Below are positions 9,720-20,490 of a stretch of DNA of 64,000 nt, in pieces (position 1 is the stretch's first letter; the number at the start of each line of letters is the position of its first letter). The translations under genes and the position numbers were made by a program. Under the pieces are notes generated by a model. It did not search any database and was not told the origin of the DNA. It saw only the letters and a list, made by a program, of their open reading frames with translations. Source of the DNA: Methanotrichaceae archaeon (lineage in GTDB: Archaea > Halobacteriota > Methanosarcinia > Methanotrichales > Methanotrichaceae); contig CAVVKN010000002.1 of assembly GCA_963748825.1 (NCBI GenBank), positions 32,001-96,000 of the forward strand, read 5' to 3'.

Positions 9720-11858
9720 CTATCCGCCTTTCGCCGCCGGAACCTCGTCCACCCCGCAGGCGGCGATCTTCTCGGCAAGCTTTGCCAGCACATCCTTTCT
9801 CATGCCGCCTACGAATTTGATTGATCCCACTACCAGATGCCCGCCTCCGGAGACGCCGCCATTGGGGATCTCCTCCATCAGTTCTTTTACCATTCTAGGA
9901 ATGTTCATTTTTACGGCCTTACTGCGCAGCACGGCAAAGTCCGGGCCGTAGCCAATGGTGACAACGGGCTTTCCGGCATACTTCTTGCAGAGTCGATCGT
10001 GCACCTCGCCACTGGTCTTGCCGGGCGGAGGGAAGGTGAACTTGTGGGCGAAGTTCTCCACATCCAGCACATTCATTATGATGCCATTGGGCAGTTTTGT
10101 GCTCTTCACATTGCCCATGCTGGCCCTCAGTTGCTCGTCAATGGCGGCATTGGCCTGCTCGCACAAAAGCTCCACGATCCTTTGATGCCGATCCAGCCGG
10201 CCCAGGCATAAGATGTCGTTTATCAGCCCCCGCCCGTCATTGAAGCGCTGCCAGAATGCCTCGTAGTCCAGGGCCAGAGCGACCTTCTTCAGGTCCTCCC
10301 GGCTGTACTTGTCCTCGACCAGCTTTATGTAAGCTGCCGCCTCCGGCGCTTCGCTTCTGTCGCCCACGGCTGAAACCGCCGGGAAGTGCTTGATCTTGCT
10401 CTCCACGGCAGGGTAGATCATGCGGGCGATCTCTGTGGCCAGCATGCCCGTGGTCAGCCCGAAGTCGCCGCCTGCGTGCGCGGGATTGACATGAGCGATA
10501 AGATACTGGTCCACGATCTTGTGGGGATGATGGTGATCTACGACCAGCATCTCCATTCCGTAGACCTGAGCCTGGCGCATGGCCGGAACATCCTCTTCCG
10601 TGGAGCCGTTGTCCATCAAAACTATGAGCGGCATCTTCTGGCCGTGCCGGGTCTGATCCTCCAGAGCATAGGTCAGATCCTTTGTCACATCCTCCAGCTC
10701 ATAAAAGGGCGCTTTGCTGGGAGCACGCCGGTAGTTGTGGTACTCGGCATCAGGCCCGCCTACCTCCGTGATGAGCGGCAAGATCGCCATCTCGATGGCT
10801 ACCGCCGCGGTGATGCCGTCGGCATCGGCGTGATGGCGCACCACTATGGGCTGGGACTTGAGAACCGCCCGGCGAATCTCCTTGGCCACTTGCTTCATGG
10901 CCGGCAAGAGCTTTGTCATGATCTCGCTTTTCACCAGAAACTCGGTCTCTGAGGGCTCGGCGCGCCGGTCAATCGCCTGTTCAATCAGGTCCTTGACAGT
11001 GGATGCTTCTCCGCCCCAAAGGCGCTTCATGGACTTGATCTCGACCTGAACCTGATTGTTGCGCAGGCTTACCTCGCCAATGACGCGCACCATCATCTCG
11101 TTGTCAATATCGGCGTAGGCCCGCACACCGGCCCGCTCAAAGGCGGCACAAAAGACCAGCCCGCAATCGTCCGCGATGGTGAAGATGGTCGGGCCCCCCG
11201 TCTGCTTGACCTGGATGACCTCCCCCTTGATCATGATCTGCTTTCCCACCAGCTTTTGCAGATCCGAGGTCTTGGATATTGGAAGCTCCTTTTCCACCTC
11301 AAAAGTGTTGTACTCCTTCAGCTCGGCCGGCTCCAGCTCAATGTTGCCGTTTGCAAGAATATTTCGCACCGTGACGAAGATGCTGTCGCCCACCTCAGGC
11401 TTGCTTTTCAGGTATTTGTTGTGGGCGAGGCCCCTCACGCTCTCGGATAGATCCACAAAGGCCCCAAAGCTGGCCAGGCCATTGACCTTTCCCTGATAAA
11501 TCTCGCCTACAACGACATCTCTGACATCACAAGCAGGATCGAGAATGTGCACGAGCGGCTTTTTGGCACAGCGCTCGCATAGCTCCTTTTTGCTAGTGAG
11601 CTTGGATTTGCACACGACGCACAGGTACTCGCGCCCCAGGCCCTCGCAGGTCGGGCAGCTCTCTGTAACCGGCATCTTGCCCGAGCCCTGGCAGACGCTG
11701 CATTTCGTGGAGCCGCTATCAATAAGCTCCTTCATATCCTTATCCGACGCCTCTCCCAGGGAGATGGATCCGGTCTTTCCGCTGCCACTGCAGTTGGGAC
11801 AGGGCTTCTCTCCTACCACCAGGTAGCCCTTGCCCCGACAAATCTCGCACAGGTTCAT
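9720..11858 (-). CDS. RecJ-like DHH phosphoesterase with DnaJ-type zinc finger, S1 and OB domains
   Basis: CxxCxGxG repeats, S1 (FGAFVDL), HHADADG, DNGS, VDHH, GGGH. Confidence 0.92.
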   Translation of the reverse strand: MNLCEICRGKGYLVVGEKPCPNCSGSGKTGSISLGEASDKDMKELIDSGSTKCSVCQGSGKMPVTESCPTCEGLGREYLCVVCKSKLTSKKELCERCAKKPLVHILDPACDVRDVVVGEIYQGKVNGLASFGAFVDLSESVRGLAHNKYLKSKPEVGDSIFVTVRNILANGNIELEPAELKEYNTFEVEKELPISKTSDLQKLVGKQIMIKGEVIQVKQTGGPTIFTIADDCGLVFCAAFERAGVRAYADIDNEMMVRVIGEVSLRNNQVQVEIKSMKRLWGGEASTVKDLIEQAIDRRAEPSETEFLVKSEIMTKLLPAMKQVAKEIRRAVLKSQPIVVRHHADADGITAAVAIEMAILPLITEVGGPDAEYHNYRRAPSKAPFYELEDVTKDLTYALEDQTRHGQKMPLIVLMDNGSTEEDVPAMRQAQVYGMEMLVVDHHHPHKIVDQYLIAHVNPAHAGGDFGLTTGMLATEIARMIYPAVESKIKHFPAVSAVGDRSEAPEAAAYIKLVEDKYSREDLKKVALALDYEAFWQRFNDGRGLINDILCLGRLDRHQRIVELLCEQANAAIDEQLRASMGNVKSTKLPNGIIMNVLDVENFAHKFTFPPPGKTSGEVHDRLCKKYAGKPVVTIGYGPDFAVLRSKAVKMNIPRMVKELMEEIPNGGVSGGGHLVVGSIKFVGGMRKDVLAKLAEKIAACGVDEVPAAKGG

Positions 11859-11967
11859 CCTGGAGATTGACGCACCTTTGGAATTTAGCTATTTTGCAAG
11901 GGTCCGGCTACGGCGCAAAAAAAGCAAGCCAATTAAGACTAAATAAGATGCCAGCCCTCCCGTGGGC

Positions 11968-12510
11968 ATGCGAGTCGTGGTTTTACGCATCGGCCACCGG
12001 CCGGAGAGAGACAAGAGGATCACCACCCACGTGGGCCTGGTGGCCAGGGCCTTCGGAGCGGAAGAGATGCTCCTCTCCGGGCGCGACTCTCACGTAGAAG
12101 AGAGCCTGGCTGATGTGGCAGAGCGCTGGGGAGGAGGCTTTCGTCTCCAGTCGGATGTCTCCTGGAAGGGAGAGACGGTGCGCTGGAAGGAGGCGGGAGG
12201 AAAGGTGGTTCACCTCACCATGTACGGCTCCAACCTGCCCGATGTGATCGACGAGATTCGCGAATGTGAGAACATCCTGGTAGCTGTGGGTGCAGAAAAG
12301 GTTCCGGCCGAGATGTACGATCTGGCGGACTGGAATGTGGCCGTGGGCAACCAGCCCCATTCCGAGGTGGCGGCACTGGCGGTCTTCCTGGATCGGCTCT
12401 TTATGGGTCGGGAGCTTCATGATGCATTTGAGGGCGGCCTTAAGATTGTGCCCTCTCCACACGGAAAACAGGTCTTGTATCCGGAATACTGCCCGGAAAA
12501 AGAAAAGTGA
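11968..12510 (+). CDS. trm56: tRNA (cytidine(56)-2'-O)-methyltransferase
   Basis: LRIGHRPERDKRITTHV, VHLTMYG, GAEKVP, NQPHSEVAALA. Confidence 0.95.
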   Translation: MRVVVLRIGHRPERDKRITTHVGLVARAFGAEEMLLSGRDSHVEESLADVAERWGGGFRLQSDVSWKGETVRWKEAGGKVVHLTMYGSNLPDVIDEIRECENILVAVGAEKVPAEMYDLADWNVAVGNQPHSEVAALAVFLDRLFMGRELHDAFEGGLKIVPSPHGKQVLYPEYCPEKEK

Positions 12511-12516
12511 AACTCT

Positions 12517-13587
12517 ATGAGAATATTAGTAATAGGCATCAACATCAGACACATTGCCCGTTCCGCCAGCTTGGCCGGCCATGAGGTCTTCGCGGTCGAT
12601 TGTTACTGCGATGTGGACCTGGCCAGATGGGCAAAAGAGACGGCTAAAATGCCTCGCGAAGGGGCAAAAGAGCGTCTCCCGTTTTATGTGGAAAAGTTTC
12701 GCCCTGATGCGGTTGTCTTGGGGCCTGGCCTGGAAGAAGCATCCGTCCAGGGAGTGCCTGTGCTCAATAACCCGCCAAAAAAAACGGCTCAGGTCTCAGA
12801 TAAGCTCTGGCTGGCTCGTTGGCTGGAAGAGATGGGCTTTCCCTTCATAAAGACAAAGCCCTTCGCGATCAGGGATCGCCTGAGCTTTCCCTTTCTAGTC
12901 AAGCCGCGCAAGGGCGCTGGAGGCGTGGGATGCAGAGTTGTAAGCTCCTCCTCCGAACTAAAATGGGAAGAGGGCCTAATCGCCCAGGAGCTGATCATTG
13001 GCCGGCCCGCCAGCGTCTCGGTCATTGGGAACGGTCGCGAGGCGCGCGCCATCGCCGTCAACGAGCAGCTCATCGGCGTGCCCTGGGCTGGGGCGAAAGG
13101 ATTCAGGTACAGCGGGAACATCACGCCCCTCGAACCTCCGCAGTACGAGATAGGGCAGATGGCGGAAGAGATTATCGCGAAGCTGGGTCTCGTGGGCAGC
13201 AATGGAGTTGATTTTTTGCTCACCGAAAAAGGTCCCGTGGTGGTCGAGGTCAATAGCCGCTTTCAGGGCAGCCTGGATACTGTGGAATTGTCCGGCGGAG
13301 ACAATGTCTTCCAGGCTCATCTGCAATCCTTTTTGGGAAGGTTGCCAAGGCTGCCTGCTCCAACTAGTTGCACAGCAGGCAGAATCATAGTCTATGCCCC
13401 CTGCGATCTGACCATTGAGGCGGAACTGGTCAGAGACTGGACGGCAGATGTGCCTGGGAAGGGATCGCGAATAGCCGCAGACGATCCAATCCTGTCCATA
13501 TTGGCCCTGGGATCAAGCAGAGACGAGGTAATAGCCCGGCTAAAGACGAGAGCGGCAATTCTAGGCGAGATAATAAAAACAAAATGA
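12517..13587 (+). CDS. ATP-grasp domain protein (methanogen/H4MPT-linked type)
   Basis: VDCYCDVDL, VKPRKGAGG, YSGNITP, GSNGVDF, EVNSRFQGS. Confidence 0.85.
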   Translation: MRILVIGINIRHIARSASLAGHEVFAVDCYCDVDLARWAKETAKMPREGAKERLPFYVEKFRPDAVVLGPGLEEASVQGVPVLNNPPKKTAQVSDKLWLARWLEEMGFPFIKTKPFAIRDRLSFPFLVKPRKGAGGVGCRVVSSSSELKWEEGLIAQELIIGRPASVSVIGNGREARAIAVNEQLIGVPWAGAKGFRYSGNITPLEPPQYEIGQMAEEIIAKLGLVGSNGVDFLLTEKGPVVVEVNSRFQGSLDTVELSGGDNVFQAHLQSFLGRLPRLPAPTSCTAGRIIVYAPCDLTIEAELVRDWTADVPGKGSRIAADDPILSILALGSSRDEVIARLKTRAAILGEIIKTK

Positions 13588-13591
13588 TCGA

Positions 13592-13720
13592 TTACCAGGA
13601 TACTACCCTGTAGAGCCAGTTGCTGACCAGTGTCCAGACCTTGACAAAGCCTGAGCCTTTCTCCAGCTTTTTTTTGTCATTTTCGCTATACTTTTTTCCA
13701 TCCTTCATCCACGAGTCCAT
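13592..13720 (-). CDS. possible small protein (42 aa)
   Basis: Manual translation MDSWMKDGKKYSENDKKKLEKGSGFVKVWTLVSNWLYRVVSW; fills the gap; no clear RBS. Confidence 0.3.
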   Translation of the reverse strand: MDSWMKDGKKYSENDKKKLEKGSGFVKVWTLVSNWLYRVVSW

Positions 13721-13894
13721 GATATAGGATTATTTCTCGTTTGAATTTAACAATGTCGGTCTACAGCGATAGTGCCATTGGAGCCAGGAGGGCTAGGAAT
13801 AGCCGTTCCGGCATCAGTATAAAAAGATGATGCTTGATAAAGATAATATAACATAAGGGGGAAGGTACTGGTAGAGAGAAATGTTGGGGATTAA

Positions 13895-14443
13895 ATGAAG
13901 TCACCGGAAAGAATTACCATCGCTTTAGACGAAGAGACTGCTGGCCTGTTCAAGAAGATGAAGGAAGACCTGGGCATGTCCCAGAGCGAGCTGATGCGAG
14001 AATCCCTGAAGTTCTTTGGCAAACACAAGATGCTCTTTGACTTCGCCGAGGACAAGAAGGTTTACACCCATGCGGAAATGCTCTCAGCAGGCGAGCATGT
14101 AATCCTGGATATCGATCACTGGATAATGTTTCTAAGCTTCATTGAAACTCATCCGGACAAGGAAAAGTTCTGGAATATGCATAAAGAGGTCTGCCAGGCT
14201 CATGCCGAGCAGTTCAAACACAAGCTCTTCAATGCGGAGAGCATCTTGAAAAGACTTGAGATCTGCAACCTCTTTAATATGAGCAAGACAGGCAAGAATG
14301 AGTTCACTCTCATCTTCGGCTCGAATGCGCCCAAGAAATTCGTGCGCATTGAGCTGGAGGAGATCTTTGCCGGCATGGGCTTCCTGGTTGAGATCAAAGA
14401 TGACTTCTCAAAGCTGAGGATCAAGGTAATTCATGATCTTTAG
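13895..14443 (+). CDS. CopG/ribbon-helix-helix transcriptional regulator
   Basis: RITIALDEE...SQSELMRESL N-terminal RHH pattern. Confidence 0.8.
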   Translation: MKSPERITIALDEETAGLFKKMKEDLGMSQSELMRESLKFFGKHKMLFDFAEDKKVYTHAEMLSAGEHVILDIDHWIMFLSFIETHPDKEKFWNMHKEVCQAHAEQFKHKLFNAESILKRLEICNLFNMSKTGKNEFTLIFGSNAPKKFVRIELEEIFAGMGFLVEIKDDFSKLRIKVIHDL

Positions 14444-14463
14444 CACCATTACGAATTTATGGA

Positions 14464-14967
14464 ATGAATAAAACAGCACCATCCATGGATCTCAAAGCCC
14501 ATGTACAGGGATTCATGGCCAAAAGAGAGGTGCAGCTTAGCGATGAGCTGGCCGAAAAGTACGGCGTTCCTCCCGAGGAAGTAGCCGGTGTGGTAAATTC
14601 CTTTTTGAAGGATACCTACGGACCGGCGATAAGGCTGGCCCAGGACATTGATGGCAAAGAGGGGGTAGTGCTTCTCTTTATCGGCAGAAAAGACTGCAAC
14701 ATCTGCAGGAGAAGCGAGCCGATTCTAGAGAGCTTTCTGTCTTGTCACAAGAATTTAGAGCTGGTAAAACTGGACTATTCCCAGCCTTCTGGCCTGCTCT
14801 ACCATATGATTCATGGCCGGGAGAATGGCATGCTCCCTTTGATTGCTTTTATCTTTCGGGGAGCCATAAGGATGATCTTTACCGGAGAGTGCCTTCACAA
14901 TGAAGTTTATGAAAAATATTATAATGACGTGCTAGCAGAATGCAGCCAAAATATATATGCTCACTGA
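14464..14967 (+). CDS. thioredoxin-fold protein
   Basis: FIGRKDCNIC CxxC motif and LP (cis-Pro) motif. Confidence 0.65.
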   Translation: MNKTAPSMDLKAHVQGFMAKREVQLSDELAEKYGVPPEEVAGVVNSFLKDTYGPAIRLAQDIDGKEGVVLLFIGRKDCNICRRSEPILESFLSCHKNLELVKLDYSQPSGLLYHMIHGRENGMLPLIAFIFRGAIRMIFTGECLHNEVYEKYYNDVLAECSQNIYAH

Positions 14968-14994
14968 GATTACAGAAGTGCTGCGAGGGAGATT

Positions 14995-15663
14995 ATGACC
15001 ATAATCGTGCTCAACTTCAAGACCTATCGTGAATCGACCGGCCCGGAGGCTCTACGCTTGGCGGAGATATGCGAGGACATTTCCCAGGATTATTCTGTGC
15101 AAATAGTGGTAGTGCCCCAGGTAGCCGATATCCAGATCATCTCTAAGGCCGTAAAGATACCAGTCTATGCTCAGCATGTGGACGGTGTGGGATATGGCGG
15201 CTTTACGGGCCATGTGACTGCCGCGTCTTTGAAAGCTGCGGGAGCGGCCGGATCTCTCATCAACCACTCCGAGCGAAGGCTCAAGCTGGCTGATATTGAG
15301 GCCTCCATTTCTGCCTGTCGTCAGGCCGGCATAAAAACAATAGTCTGTACCAACAACGTGGCCACAACACGTGCCTCGGCCGCACTGGAGCCGGATTATG
15401 TGGCGGTAGAGCCGCCCGAGCTAATCGGCAGCGGCATTCCCGTATCCAAGGCGAATCCACAGGTCATTTCTCTGTCCGTTGATGCCGTCAAACGCATCGC
15501 ACCGGAGGTAGGTGTGCTCTGCGGGGCGGGAATAACACACGGCGAGGATCTGAGAAGCGCGCTGGAGCTAGGATCGGTTGGGGTCTTGCTAGCTTCCGGA
15601 ATTATCAAGGCAAAAGACCAGCGCAAGGCTTTAGAAGATCTGGTGACGGGAGCTAGGAAATGA
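14995..15663 (+). CDS. tpiA: triosephosphate isomerase (archaeal type)
   Basis: LNFKTY, AQHVD, LINHSERR, VEPPELIGSG, GVLLASG. Confidence 0.97.
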   Translation: MTIIVLNFKTYRESTGPEALRLAEICEDISQDYSVQIVVVPQVADIQIISKAVKIPVYAQHVDGVGYGGFTGHVTAASLKAAGAAGSLINHSERRLKLADIEASISACRQAGIKTIVCTNNVATTRASAALEPDYVAVEPPELIGSGIPVSKANPQVISLSVDAVKRIAPEVGVLCGAGITHGEDLRSALELGSVGVLLASGIIKAKDQRKALEDLVTGARK

Positions 15664-15926
15664 TAGCGGTGCACGTTCGTGTCTCAGGCCGAGTGCAGGG
15701 CGTTTTCTATCGCGCCTTTACCCAAGAGCGGGCACGGGCTCTGGGGGTAAAAGGCTTTGTGAGAAACATTCCTGGCGGAGGAGTGGAAGCTGTGTTGGAG
15801 GGAGAGAGAAAGCAAGTTGGCGAGCTGCTCAAAGCCATGAAGTCGGGACCTACTGGAGCCATAATCCTGGGAATGGAGTTCTCCGAGCTGGAAAGCAAAG
15901 GGTACGAGGATTTTGAAATAGAATAG
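15660..15926 (+). CDS. acyP: acylphosphatase
   Basis: SGRVQGVFYR, GFVRN, VEAVLEG. Confidence 0.93.
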   Translation: MIAVHVRVSGRVQGVFYRAFTQERARALGVKGFVRNIPGGGVEAVLEGERKQVGELLKAMKSGPTGAIILGMEFSELESKGYEDFEIE

Positions 15927-15937
15927 GATGTGATCTC

Positions 15938-16108
15938 ATGCTTACCATCAACAGATACAAATGCTGCTACTGTGGTGCCTGCGTCGGAGTCTGCCCGACA
16001 TGTGCCCTGGAGCTTGTGGAGACCTGGCTCGAGGTCTCGGCAGAGTGTAAGGAGTGCAGCCTGTGCACCAAGATATGCCCCGTGGGGGCCCTGGAGGTCA
16101 AGGCATGA
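15938..16108 (+). CDS. 2x[4Fe-4S] ferredoxin (56 aa)
   Basis: Manual translation MLTINRYKCCYCGACVGVCPTCALELVETWLEVSAECKECSLCTKICPVGALEVKA; two CxxCxxCxxxCP; stop overlaps ATG of the reductase (ATGA); missed by ORF track. Confidence 0.9.
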   Translation: MLTINRYKCCYCGACVGVCPTCALELVETWLEVSAECKECSLCTKICPVGALEVKA

Positions 16109-17280
16109 AGTGCGACTTGATTGTGGTAGGTGGGGGCCCCGGCGGATCTATGGCCGCAAAGACGGCCGCCTTGGCTGGCCTCAAGGTAGTCATGCTGGAG
16201 AAACGCCAGGAGATCGGTGATCCTGTGCGCTGCGCGGAGGGCGTCAGCAAGAGGGCCTTATGCCGCATGATGAAGCCCGAGCCGGAATGGATATCCTCCG
16301 AGGTAAAGGGTGCCAGAATCTATGCTCCGGACGGAAAAAGCATAGTCATGTCCGAGGACAAGAGCGGCGGCGAGGTGGGCTACGTCCTGGAGAGAAAGGT
16401 CTTCGATCGAGGCCTTGCCATGCAGGCTGCCCAGGCGGGGGCAACGGTTCTGGTCAAGACCAGAGCTTTGGGTCTGCTAAGGAAGGATAAAGCAATCTGT
16501 GGAGTTTCGTGCTTACGCATTGGTGAGCCCCTGCAGATCGAGGCGCCCCTCATCATCGGTGCGGACGGTGTGGAGTCCAAGGTGGGACGCTGGGCGGGCA
16601 TTGACACTACATTGAAGTTGCAGGATATCGAATCTTGCGCCCAGTTCCTGGTGCATGATGCATCTATTGATGATGAATACACAGAGTTCTTTTTGGGAAA
16701 CAGCATCGCTCCCTCAGGATACGCCTGGTCGTTTCCCAAGGGTAATAAGCTAGCCAACATCGGCCTGGGAATTCAGGGCTCCCGGTCCAAGCCCGGCGAA
16801 GCAATGCGTCTGCTACGGCAGTTCATGAGGACCCGCTTTCCCAATGGCAAGGTGGTGGAGATGGTAGTGGGAGGAGACCCCTGTTCCGGGCCCATCGACT
16901 CTGCAATTGCGGACGGTGTGATGCTGGTGGGTGATGCGGCTCATCAGACCGATCCGCTCACGGGAGGAGGCATTCTCAATGCCATGCAGGCGGGAATCAT
17001 CGCTGGTGAGGTAGCAGCAAAGGCCATAGCTGCAGGCAATGTCCGCCGGTCCGGGCTGCAAGAGTATGAAGACCGCTGGCGAGACGATTTTGGTAAGGTT
17101 ATAGCCCGGAGCTTCCAGTTCAAAGAGTTCTTCGTCAAGCTTACTGATAACGACCTAAACCAGCTCATCGGATCTCTGGCCAAGGAGGACATAACCAAGA
17201 TGGACCTGCCCGGCATGCTGCGCGTTCTCTTCCGGCTCAACCCCAAACTGCTTTGGGGGCTAAAAAGCATGATAGTTTAG
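16105..17280 (+). CDS. digeranylgeranylglycerophospholipid reductase (geranylgeranyl reductase family)
   Basis: VVGGGPGG, PVRCAEG, PSGYAWSFPKG, GDAAHQTDPLTGGGI. Confidence 0.92.
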   Translation: MKCDLIVVGGGPGGSMAAKTAALAGLKVVMLEKRQEIGDPVRCAEGVSKRALCRMMKPEPEWISSEVKGARIYAPDGKSIVMSEDKSGGEVGYVLERKVFDRGLAMQAAQAGATVLVKTRALGLLRKDKAICGVSCLRIGEPLQIEAPLIIGADGVESKVGRWAGIDTTLKLQDIESCAQFLVHDASIDDEYTEFFLGNSIAPSGYAWSFPKGNKLANIGLGIQGSRSKPGEAMRLLRQFMRTRFPNGKVVEMVVGGDPCSGPIDSAIADGVMLVGDAAHQTDPLTGGGILNAMQAGIIAGEVAAKAIAAGNVRRSGLQEYEDRWRDDFGKVIARSFQFKEFFVKLTDNDLNQLIGSLAKEDITKMDLPGMLRVLFRLNPKLLWGLKSMIV

Positions 17281-17290
17281 CTCTTTGGTC

Positions 17291-17325
17291 TTAGGGGAGA
17301 ATAGTTCACGATTATTCTCTCCTAA
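17291..17325. terminator. hairpin between convergent genes
   Basis: TTAGGGGAGAATA-N9-TATTCTCTCCTAA inverted repeat. Confidence 0.55.
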
Positions 17326-17356
17326 AGGGGCTTCTTGTCTTTGCGCTTTGCCTCAT

Positions 17357-17905
17357 CTACACCAGAACCGATGAGCCGTCCTCTCTCTTGGGCAGCCGAT
17401 CCATATCGAAAATTACCACTATTTTCTCCTTATCTGCATCAATAGCTGCCACACCCATGTGGAAGATGTAGCGCATCGTCCGCCGTCCGTCCGGAATCTG
17501 CAGTTTGTGCTCCCGGCGCAGGATAATGGCGCTGGCCGTCTGGAGAGAGGGGGCGCTTTGCAGGAATAAGAGGCCGGGCAGGTTGAGGCGATGGTGGCTC
17601 GTTGTTGGATATTTCTCGCCAATCAACTCGCCCAGCTCTTCGCGACGAATCATCACTTCCTTCTCGCCGCTATTCACGACAATCTGGCTCTCGTCTGCAT
17701 GCACCTGGTCGATGTGAGAATGGAGTGCATAGAGCACGTAGCTGTCCCCGCGTCCCTTGTTTTCCGGGGGTAGAAGGGCTTCCAGCTTCTTCATAAAGGG
17801 TCGCAGAAGAGGACTGGTCCCGGCAAAGAGAGCCCCGGGGAGGTTTTCAACCTCGGTCCTGGCCAGCTCATTGAGGTCCTTCTCGCGGACCATTATGGAT
17901 ATCAT
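17357..17905 (-). CDS. hypothetical protein
   Basis: Uninterrupted ORF with normal composition; no motif recognised. Confidence 0.65.
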   Translation of the reverse strand: MISIMVREKDLNELARTEVENLPGALFAGTSPLLRPFMKKLEALLPPENKGRGDSYVLYALHSHIDQVHADESQIVVNSGEKEVMIRREELGELIGEKYPTTSHHRLNLPGLLFLQSAPSLQTASAIILRREHKLQIPDGRRTMRYIFHMGVAAIDADKEKIVVIFDMDRLPKREDGSSVLV

Positions 17906-18321
17906 GATGATACATTCGCCTGCTGGGAAATATATCTTGCTCAAGTCCCGGGGGCTATCTCATTTGAGGTGATCCAGCTACATGCAATCTGCATTCTACA
18001 TCACTTTTTCTTTATAAATAATCTAACAATTGAATACATATCTATTCTCTTTAAATTAATCATTTAATCTCATGTGGTGATATGATCCGTAAAAGGCAGG
18101 CAAAATCACCCTGGCTGTGCAACTCCATTAGTGGGCGTTTGGAAATTGCCACAAATATAAAATCTCAACTCACTACATTCGTGGCTGCAAAGTCATCTAA
18201 ATGTAAATGCCACTTGCTTTTTAAGTTATTATCTAAAGTATTAGTCTAATTAAGTAAAATTAAAGACATTCCCTTTCAAAACAAATTATTTATATCATTA
18301 AGTATTTGTGACAAGAAAAAT

Positions 18322-18711
18322 ATGGTGACGATTATGAAAGAGTCCACCGTAAAGATCCTGGATGACAAGGACATGGAATTTGTCGAAACGCTTCGATCCC
18401 TGAGCGTTCCGCGCAACGTTGCAACGCTCATAACCTTTCTGGCTAATGTGGATGAAGCCTCATCTCGCGAAATAGAGATGGGCTCTGACCTCCGGCAGCC
18501 GGAAGTGAGCATTGCCATGCGCACTCTGCGTGACAATAATTGGATAGAAGAGAAAGAAATCAAGCGCGAAGGCAAAGGCAGACCAATGAAGGTCTACTCG
18601 CTAAAAGCGGGCATTGATGCAATCATAAAGCATTTCGAGGAGGAGAAGCTGAATGAGTCTGCCCAGGCTATGGAGAGCATCCAGAGGCTAAAGCAACTCA
18701 TAGCAACCTAG
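18322..18711 (+). CDS. winged-helix transcriptional regulator (archaeal ArsR/TrmB-like)
   Basis: SREIE...LRQPEVSIAMR...GKGRPMKVYSL. Confidence 0.85.
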   Translation: MVTIMKESTVKILDDKDMEFVETLRSLSVPRNVATLITFLANVDEASSREIEMGSDLRQPEVSIAMRTLRDNNWIEEKEIKREGKGRPMKVYSLKAGIDAIIKHFEEEKLNESAQAMESIQRLKQLIAT

Positions 18712-18743
18712 ATAAAAAAACCGGGAGGGGAGCGGGCCTAAAA

Positions 18744-18989
18744 CTAACAGGAGGGACTGACAAGTACCTCCACCTCGATTTTTGCAGCAATATTGCGGCC
18801 TAATGATATCTTCGAACCGTTTATCTCAATTACTACCGGCCCGCCAAAGGGCTGAGAGGCAATTTTGCGGATGTGCTTTCCTTTTCGTATGCCCATGGAC
18901 TCAAACCTCTTCTCCCAACTGGCATCACTAACTGCCGTGACTTCCAGGGTCTGATTGCAGGGCGCCTTGGTAATATCTATGTACTCCAT
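18744..18989 (-). CDS. FeoA family protein
   Basis: RFESMGIRKG, PFGGPVVIEING.KISLGRNIAAKI. Confidence 0.85.
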   Translation of the reverse strand: MEYIDITKAPCNQTLEVTAVSDASWEKRFESMGIRKGKHIRKIASQPFGGPVVIEINGSKISLGRNIAAKIEVEVLVSPSC

Positions 18990-19078
18990 TTCTGATATTT
19001 CCTCTCCGTTCGACTGTTTTCTAGCTCTTCGTCCAATCCCGCTCCTTTGGATAAACCTTACGCAGCTATGAGAATGAC

Positions 19079-19891
19079 TCAGATGCGCACGTTCACACCC
19101 CTCTCGTTGAGGTATGTCTTCACGTTTCGGATATTCCACTCTCCGAAGTGAAAGATGCTCGCAGCCAGCGCAGCCGACGCATCGGTCTTCTTGAATACCT
19201 CCAGCATGTGATCAGGGCTGGCGCAGCCTCCCGAGGCGATCACAGGCACTTTTACCCTTTTGGCCACAGTGCCTGTGAGGGGGATGTCGAAGCCATCATA
19301 GGTCCCATCCCGGTCCATGCTGGTGAGAAGAATCTCCCCTGCCCCCAAGGATACCGCTCTGCTTGCCCAGGCGATGGCGTCAATACCTGTAAACTGCCTG
19401 CCCCCATAAAAGGAGCATTCAAACCAGCAGGGGCCTTGCTCGGTCTCTACGATCTGCCTGCCTTCTTCTAGGGTGTAGCGCCGCTTGGCATCAATAGCCA
19501 ATACGACGGCCTGATTTCCATATCGATCGGATATCTCGCTGATTAGCTCAGGACGTTTTAGTGCGGAGGTGTTCACAGTGATCTTGTCTGCCCCGGCATT
19601 GAAGACCTCTCTTGCCTGCTCCACGCTATTTATGCCGCCGCCTACGGCTAAAGGCACAAAGACCGATCGCGAGGTCTTTTTAATGACGCTCGTCATGGTC
19701 TCCCGTCGCTCGTGAGATGCCGTGATGTCCAAAAAGACGATCTCATCGGCACCGTCCTCATAGTATTGGCCGGCCAGCTCCCAAGGAACACCAGCATATC
19801 TTATCTGCTTGAACTCGATGCCCTTGACTACTCGCCCTCCCGGCACACCCAGGTCGCAGTCCAAACAGGGAATGATCCTTCTCGCTAACAT
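19079..19891 (-). CDS. hisF: imidazole glycerol phosphate synthase cyclase subunit
   Basis: [39 protein letters not shown]. Confidence 0.97.
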   Translation of the reverse strand: MLARRIIPCLDCDLGVPGGRVVKGIEFKQIRYAGVPWELAGQYYEDGADEIVFLDITASHERRETMTSVIKKTSRSVFVPLAVGGGINSVEQAREVFNAGADKITVNTSALKRPELISEISDRYGNQAVVLAIDAKRRYTLEEGRQIVETEQGPCWFECSFYGGRQFTGIDAIAWASRAVSLGAGEILLTSMDRDGTYDGFDIPLTGTVAKRVKVPVIASGGCASPDHMLEVFKKTDASAALAASIFHFGEWNIRNVKTYLNERGVNVRI

Positions 19892-20490
19892 CGTATGGAC
19901 CTCACAAAGTTCTCCAGGATTCTCAGGCCCTTGGCGCCCGACTTTTCGGGGTGAAACTGGGTGGCAAAGAGGTTATCTTTGCTTACAGCAGCCGTCACTT
20001 CCACCCCGTGCTCCGTGGTGGCGGCAATCACAGACCTGTCTTTTGGCAGGCCATAGTAGGAATGCACAAAATAGAACATGTCTCCATCAGAGATTCCATC
20101 CAGCATCTCCACAGGACGCTTGATGGAAAGGCCGTTCCAGCCCATCTGGGGAATCATCACGCCATCAGGCAGGCGCACCACTTTGCCGCCTATCCAGCCT
20201 AGGCCCGCAGCGCCGGGACTCTCTTCGCTCTCCTCGAAGAGCACCTGCATGCCAACGCAAATGCCGAGCATCGGTTTCCCTTCCCTGAAGTTCCGTAAAA
20301 GCGAGCTTTCGAATCGGGAGAGCTGACTCATGCAGCTTCCAAAGGCGCCCACCCCCGGAACTACTATGCCGTCTGCACCGTCCAGGCCCTCCGGATCGCG
20401 AACGATTCTGGGATTTCCTCCCACATAGTCCAGGGCGTTGTAGATGGAAAACAGGTTTCCCATACCGTAATCTACTATGACTATTGCCAT
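19885..20490 (-). CDS. hisH: imidazole glycerol phosphate synthase glutaminase subunit
   Basis: DYGMGN, PGVG, GICVGMQ, YFVHSY, QFHPEKS. Confidence 0.97.
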   Translation of the reverse strand: MAIVIVDYGMGNLFSIYNALDYVGGNPRIVRDPEGLDGADGIVVPGVGAFGSCMSQLSRFESSLLRNFREGKPMLGICVGMQVLFEESEESPGAAGLGWIGGKVVRLPDGVMIPQMGWNGLSIKRPVEMLDGISDGDMFYFVHSYYGLPKDRSVIAATTEHGVEVTAAVSKDNLFATQFHPEKSGAKGLRILENFVRSIRC

